In this document: piece after piece, positions 51,001 through 56,204 of the stretch | Numbering within the stretch: position 1 is the first letter of the stretch | How the letters are laid out: each line of letters starts with the position of its first letter | NCBI GenBank assembly: GCA_002633005.1 | Contig: NMRA01000712.1 | Coordinates: forward strand, 131,850-188,053 | Direction: 5' to 3' | DNA length: 56,204 nt | DNA from: Phoronis australis | Lineage: Eukaryota; Animalia; Phoronida | Position numbers and translations under genes: made by a program | The notes under the pieces: model-generated | The model's input: only the letters and a program-made list of their open reading frames with translations | Database searches by the model: none | What the model was told of the DNA's origin: nothing

Positions 51001-52707
51001 ACCCATTTAGCTAATGATAGCGTAGCACCGGCAATAATCCTAGCTACGTCGTTGACACTGGTATGATCTGTTATTGCTGCAGTCGCATGTTTTCAAGACA
51101 TATATCAACTTCTAATTAATCGGAATGTCGAGTGTTACTTCACAATGAACGAGAAGCCAGGTTAATCATCCTTTGACGCTGCTACTTTTCGCAGTACTGG
51201 GGACGAATGGGTTTCTTCAACTTACCCAATTTCAGTGGTTCATAAAACGATCTCTGTGTGCAGATTAAAGAAATGTACTGTAGGAACTGTGTAAACTTTG
51301 TTCAGTTGTTCAGATTTTGATAAACGGAGAACATCATTTTACAATATTGAACATTTGTTTGTCAAATGGCAACAGTTGTTCATACCCTAGATCTTATCTT
51401 TCAGCTACACACGTGCGTAAAGCAAAATTCACGAAACACATACTTTAGCAACACGTGTATTTTACTACTGAAAAGGGTCTCTTAGCGTAATTCCACTCGC
51501 ACTGATCTCAGAAATTTCTGCGTTTTGGTCGACAATATATATAACACGAGCTTTGTCGTTTTCCTATTTCACGCGCTGTGAAGATCCAAAATGTTAACGA
51601 CTGCATAGTGACGGTTTGGAGGGAACGTTTTTGCGGATCCAAATTGTCGAAATTTGCTCATCCAACACAGCTTCTGCGTGTGGCAATTTAGGTTTGCACG
51701 GAGCCCATTTCGCGATGAAACGCCGCTAGTCGTAGCCCGGTTTAGCAAACACCACCAAACGTTTGTTTGCAGCAACACCAAACCACACTATTCGTGCGCT
51801 AACTTTGGTCATACAGAAATCGCAATCTTCAAACTGGCAGTCGAAGCAATCAACGAATTATATTCGGTCTATTCTTTTATCATATAGTTCGGAATGCCAA
51901 CTCGCCCCGTAATGTGAACTAAAACAATTATGGTTTCTAAGATAGTTCTGAATGAGGCTTTAGGCCGCGGACAAATGAAAATACAGAAAATTCAAGTTTC
52001 CTGATTAAAATGCTCAATCGGTGCCGTTTGACAGGAATTTTAATTTAAAAATGTACGAAGTTGACACACGAAATTTAGCTTAGGCAACACTTCAACAATG
52101 CTCTAATCTTTTCTATTGAAATCGATTTTAGTACACTGCCCTTGCTTCTATTTTCGCAAAAATCAGCGGAGCCTGTGAACGAGGCCTCTCTAGGGCCACA
52201 TTAACGGGTGCTGATGGAATCACGAGGGGAATTCCGTCTTCTACTTTTTAAAACCTAAAAGTCCATCGTACACGAGATGAACCTCCACAATGCGTGTGAA
52301 TACCTAAAACCCGATTGCGTTCCTATAAGTCATTGACTTTTTGTAATACGGTTTATTTGTCATGCTTCTGATTATGGTAGTGGTCGATAATTTCGATTTT
52401 GTCGACACCTTTTGACCGTGTCGGTCTTTACGTCTCGTCAGCACCGACATTCTCGGTTTTACACGGAAAACATCTAATGTGAAACCTGTTTCGAAACTGT
52501 AGCTTATGCGGGAACGGTATGCAAAACGATTGTTTTATCGATCAATGCGGTATACACCGTGAACACCGAAGCGACTTTTCAAAGGAAATTATGCCTAAAG
52601 GAGTGGAAACGTGTCTCATTTGTGCTAGTCAGAACGCGCACAACCGTTCATTGGAAGGGAACAGAAATTGCACCTAAGACTTAAATTAATTTTGCGCACT
52701 AGTAAGA

Positions 52708-54327
52708 ATGAAATCTACGGGTGTGTCTGGTGCAGACTTTCTTATAACTTTGTGCTTTTTCTTGAGACTTGTAGCGGCTATGAAATTCACGGGTGAACCT
52801 TTTTCGTTTGGAATTTTTTGCAAGTTGGAAAACACGCGTTTGGTTAAACGGCGCATTGAAACACTCCGCACGCCGTCAGTTAGTGACTGCGCCTTTGCTT
52901 GCATTGATACTGTCAATTGCTTGTCTTACAATTTCGCGTATCCTGGTGATATTTGCGAGTTGAATAATGGCACAGGCGACCCGTTGGTGACACAAGTTGG
53001 TTTCAGTTACTTTGCTGTGTGTTCCAGAGCATCTGCGGATTCGACGAGAGGTAGGTAAAGCTTCCATGTATTTAGTGGGATGTCTTACAACTATGATCGA
53101 AGAGTTATGCCTACATGTCTTTCGAACGATCAATTGTTTGCTTGCGGCGACATTGTGTAAGCCTATACCGACCGTTGCTAAAGTAAACCCTGTGAGTTAC
53201 ATTAGAAATTGGCGCTCTCATTCATTGGCGCCAATCTTCCAAGTTAAAAGCAGGAATCGACTAAAAAAATTCCCCATGTCACAGATTGGACATTGAAGGC
53301 CTTGTTGGGTGTTTTTTTCCCAACGTTCCCTTGTAATTCGCTACAAGCGTAGGTCCAGCTTGCTTGCCAACGTTCAGCAGACTTTGAAGGGAGTTTTCGA
53401 AATTTCCTCCAAACTTTTGACATGGGCGGCGCACCATAGGGGGCTGTTGGGGGGGGGGTTGGGCTACAGCCCCCAACTTTTTTCATTGCTAGGCCGCACA
53501 TGGTCTATAGGCGGTGCACCACAGGGGGGCTAAAAGGGCTTTAGCCCCCCAACTTTTTTCAGTGCTGCGCAGCCCATGTAATTGAGGGTTGTCGAGCGTT
53601 GCACAACATTATATTGATTCAGAGAACTGCATAGAAAAGTCGTTTTTAGTATGTGTAAATAGGTCAAAACGGGTTTGATGCCCTTTTAAGTATAGAGATC
53701 ACAGGCCAAAAATTCCCAGACGCGTTTATGTAAACTGGCAAAAAATGCTCCCTAATATATGATTACGATTCATTTTCTTTGGTTGGAAATTATAGTAGCA
53801 AGAACACAGGTGGTGCGCTGTGAGTAGTTTAGGAACAAACTTCTGGTGGGTGAGGTGAACCTGAACTGCAAGTGGGTGGATTCCTTAAGCGNATCAAAGT
53901 TAACTATACGAACAATAATAACAAATACATAAATAACTAAAATTAAAACACAAGTAACGAACAAGCACTTGGCGAAATGAACAAAATGAAAAAGATATCA
54001 GCCACAAAAGTAATTATTTCAGGGTCAACAAGACATTTGTTTTCAAATTGAATGTCGCTTCCAGAGTCACCAATTACGAATCGCCGTTTACTTATTGATT
54101 CTTAATGAAAAGCCGTGTGGTTATTTCAGCGTTTAAATGCCCTGTCGATGATTGGGACAACGATTCAAACAATTGGTGCCTTCGCTTATACGTCGACCCG
54201 AATGCCCATAATATGTCTGAATGGAGCGAGGCACAGATGCTGTGCCTCCGCGATGCCCAACCGGGCCTGGCGTGTCCCAGTACAAAGGAACGATACGACA
54301 TTCTTACGGAGTTCTTGACAATCCAAG
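52708..54327 (+). CDS. Secreted PAN/Apple-domain + C-type lectin domain protein (3'-incomplete)
   Basis: Exon 52708-53050: hydrophobic signal-like N-terminus and PAN pattern CAFAC...CLSYNF...CELN, donor AGAG|gtaggt (phase 1). Exon 54130-54327 (ttatttcag|, CAAG|gtaaga) in matching phase: CPVDDW..WCLRLY..WSEAQMLC..LACPSTKE..LTEFL, the first half of a CTLD. Possible next acceptor at 54401. Confidence 0.8.
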
Positions 54328-54482
54328 GTAAGAACCGGATTGTTAAATATGTATCCAATGCCATCCACTTCATGTTTGAAAGTAATATGTATGTTTTGTA
54401 GGCCCTATTTACCGCAACCCACCCCAGCACACCGCACCACACCACTTCTTACAACATGAATGCATACAAGGAAGCAACATAC

Positions 54483-55689
54483 GGGGAAATCTATTTGATC
54501 GACGGGGTTCCTGAATGGCAGCGAGTCATCACATTCTACAACAGTCTTTAACAACTCCTCACACTGCTCCCTCCAAGAGATGGCGCTATCACTACTCGAT
54601 TCATTCCTGCTTCGTCTCTGTAACAACAGCCATGTAAATGTAACAGGACCTCGCACCACGACAGAATAGTAGTTGCACACGGCTGCTTTCATTATACCCA
54701 TGTTCAATTGTTAGCACACATCTTACATATATAAATCCACCTGCTACTGACAGACACATAAAAAACTGCTACTGCCACTCTCCCCCTGTTGTTCATCCAA
54801 CAAACAACAATCCCCCAAGTGTGGTATGGTAGTTCTTCACCTGTTTAGCATGCCGTAACACAACGGACAAGTGATATTTTATTTTGCAATATTTGTTAAC
54901 AAAAACAAAGAACTAAAATTTTCTTAGTATAATATTTGCTTGGTTTAGTTAATATGTAAATGTCAAAAGAAAACATTTTGCAAAGTTTCCATTATCTGAT
55001 CCAACATGGTCAGCCTTTAAAAAATAAAAAAAACATAAAACTTTGACTATTATTTTTGTGTGCAACAAGAGAAGAATTGTCATAGTCAAGCCAAGAAATT
55101 AAAATCGACCGTGTGCACAATCCAGTGATAACTCACCTCTCTCTGTTGTGATGTTGAGGGTCCTTTATCCTCCCCATCTACCTCCATACCATCAGACGCT
55201 TCGACATATGCTGCATGCACGTCTGTCAACTCAGGCTCACTGATAAAGACAACAGGGGGCAGGCTGACAATTTACAAACATCATTAATTCAAGACCACAA
55301 CTACAAGGGGCAGGCAGACACTTTACTAACATCATTATTTCAAGACCACAACTTAAGGCCACCAAACTCAGCCCAAGACTTACTAAACAGTCTCATTGCA
55401 AAAATGGTAATGAATGGTGAATATTTTGACATGGACATTATTTTATTTGTAAACATTAATTATTACCCTCCAAATGAGTCCTGAGTCCATTCATTAATCA
55501 TTATTTGATTGTTCCTTTTAAAAAATAAAACCAGTCAAGTTTTCAACAAGCATTCAGTGATACCTGATAAACCTGAGGAGGATGTCAGTAATGATGTGGG
55601 CCCACTTGACAATGGGTGCACTGGCCTGGTTGAACTTCTCAGTATTACTACTGATGTGCCTCACGTCAAACTGTAGTGCTGTCACTCGC
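54483..55689 (-). CDS. PHIP: PHIP/BRWD1/BRWD3-family bromodomain and WD-repeat protein, internal exons (partial)
   Basis: Minus exons 55689-55564, 55239-55137, 54617-54483, phase-compatible: RRVTALQFDVRHISSNTEKFNQASAPIVKWAHIITDILLRFIS (end of bromodomain 1), an acidic linker, and WREQCEELLKTVVECDDSLPFRNPVDQIDFP (start of bromodomain 2). The 5' part lies beyond the window. Confidence 0.88.
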
Positions 55690-56130
55690 CTGTGGGAGGG
55701 TAATAGTGGTATTAGCAAGATGAACTGTTGTCTGATGCAGCAAATAAGTTGAGGTTTGTGCAGTCTCATGTAAACAACATTGAAAGTTTGTATAGACTTG
55801 TCACTAACTTTGCCAACAGCATCACAAACACACTTTTTGTCTTGTGCCCCTTCCCCGAGTCCAAAGTTTGCTTTTCATAGGTAGGGCCCTCAATCCCTCA
55901 ATTTTGGGACCGAATATCAGCCCTATTAAAAAAATATTGAAAAATCACACAAAATTCCCCTCACGAGGCCCAAAAATTCCCCTCAAGTGATTGAAAATTT
56001 CCCCTCAAGGTTTGAATCACTTGTAATCCACACAGGTGAAAATTTGAAAGAGTGCAAAATATTTGGCTACTTGAGGCAGAGCCTACAAGGGCTTGCAACT
56101 AGGTGGATGTAGATTTCCCCCGCCACCAGA

Positions 56131-56204
56131 AACAAGAGCAACGCAGAGCGTTGAAATGCGCCCACAATTGCACCGCATACGGTATCCTTCTAGGGTTGTT
56201 TATT
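56131..56204 (-). mobile_element. 3' end of a HINE copy (same family as 21958-23393), running off the window
   Basis: Reverse complement reads aataaacaaccctagaag...gtgggcgcatttcaacgctctgcgttgctcttgtt. Confidence 0.8.

Noticed and set aside
54092-54445. Minus-strand ORFs as the continuation of the BRWD bromodomain
   Set aside because: No frame gives DY..PMD or other bromodomain motifs; the + strand encodes a clear CTLD exon.
55211-55213. Acceptor giving a 74-nt BRWD exon
   Set aside because: Wrong phase; the acceptor at 55240-55241 gives a 103-nt exon in frame.

Overview
Eukaryotic (invertebrate animal-type) genomic DNA, AT-rich, with GT-AG spliceosomal introns and many DNA-transposon relics. 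Gene content, left to right: (1) a complete HDHD2 gene (+, six coding exons, ~261 aa). (2) Three tandem ADF/cofilin coding modules (+). Each has three exons with identical intron phases and begins at a splice acceptor, so each needs an upstream exon to supply the start; modules 2 and 3 have no in-frame ATG at their start. A textbook ATG-only leader exon (CACAAAATG|gtaagt) ends at 12002. (3) A secreted PAN/Apple + C-type-lectin gene (+) that breaks off mid-domain near 54410. (4) Three minus-strand exons of a PHIP/BRWD bromodomain gene that also stops mid-domain at about the same point. Repeats include a palindromic Kolobok-THAP derivative with a TTAA TSD, a foldback element with an 8-bp TSD, several MITEs, a decayed pogo-like transposase, and Helentron/DINE-1-like (HINE) elements carrying tandem CTCF-like motifs. 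The leading candidate for an undescribed system is an unc-60-like cofilin locus, in which an ATG leader exon is alternatively spliced to whole, mutually exclusive cofilin cassettes that differ at the regulatory N-terminal serine. All calls come from manual reading and translation; no database searches were run.
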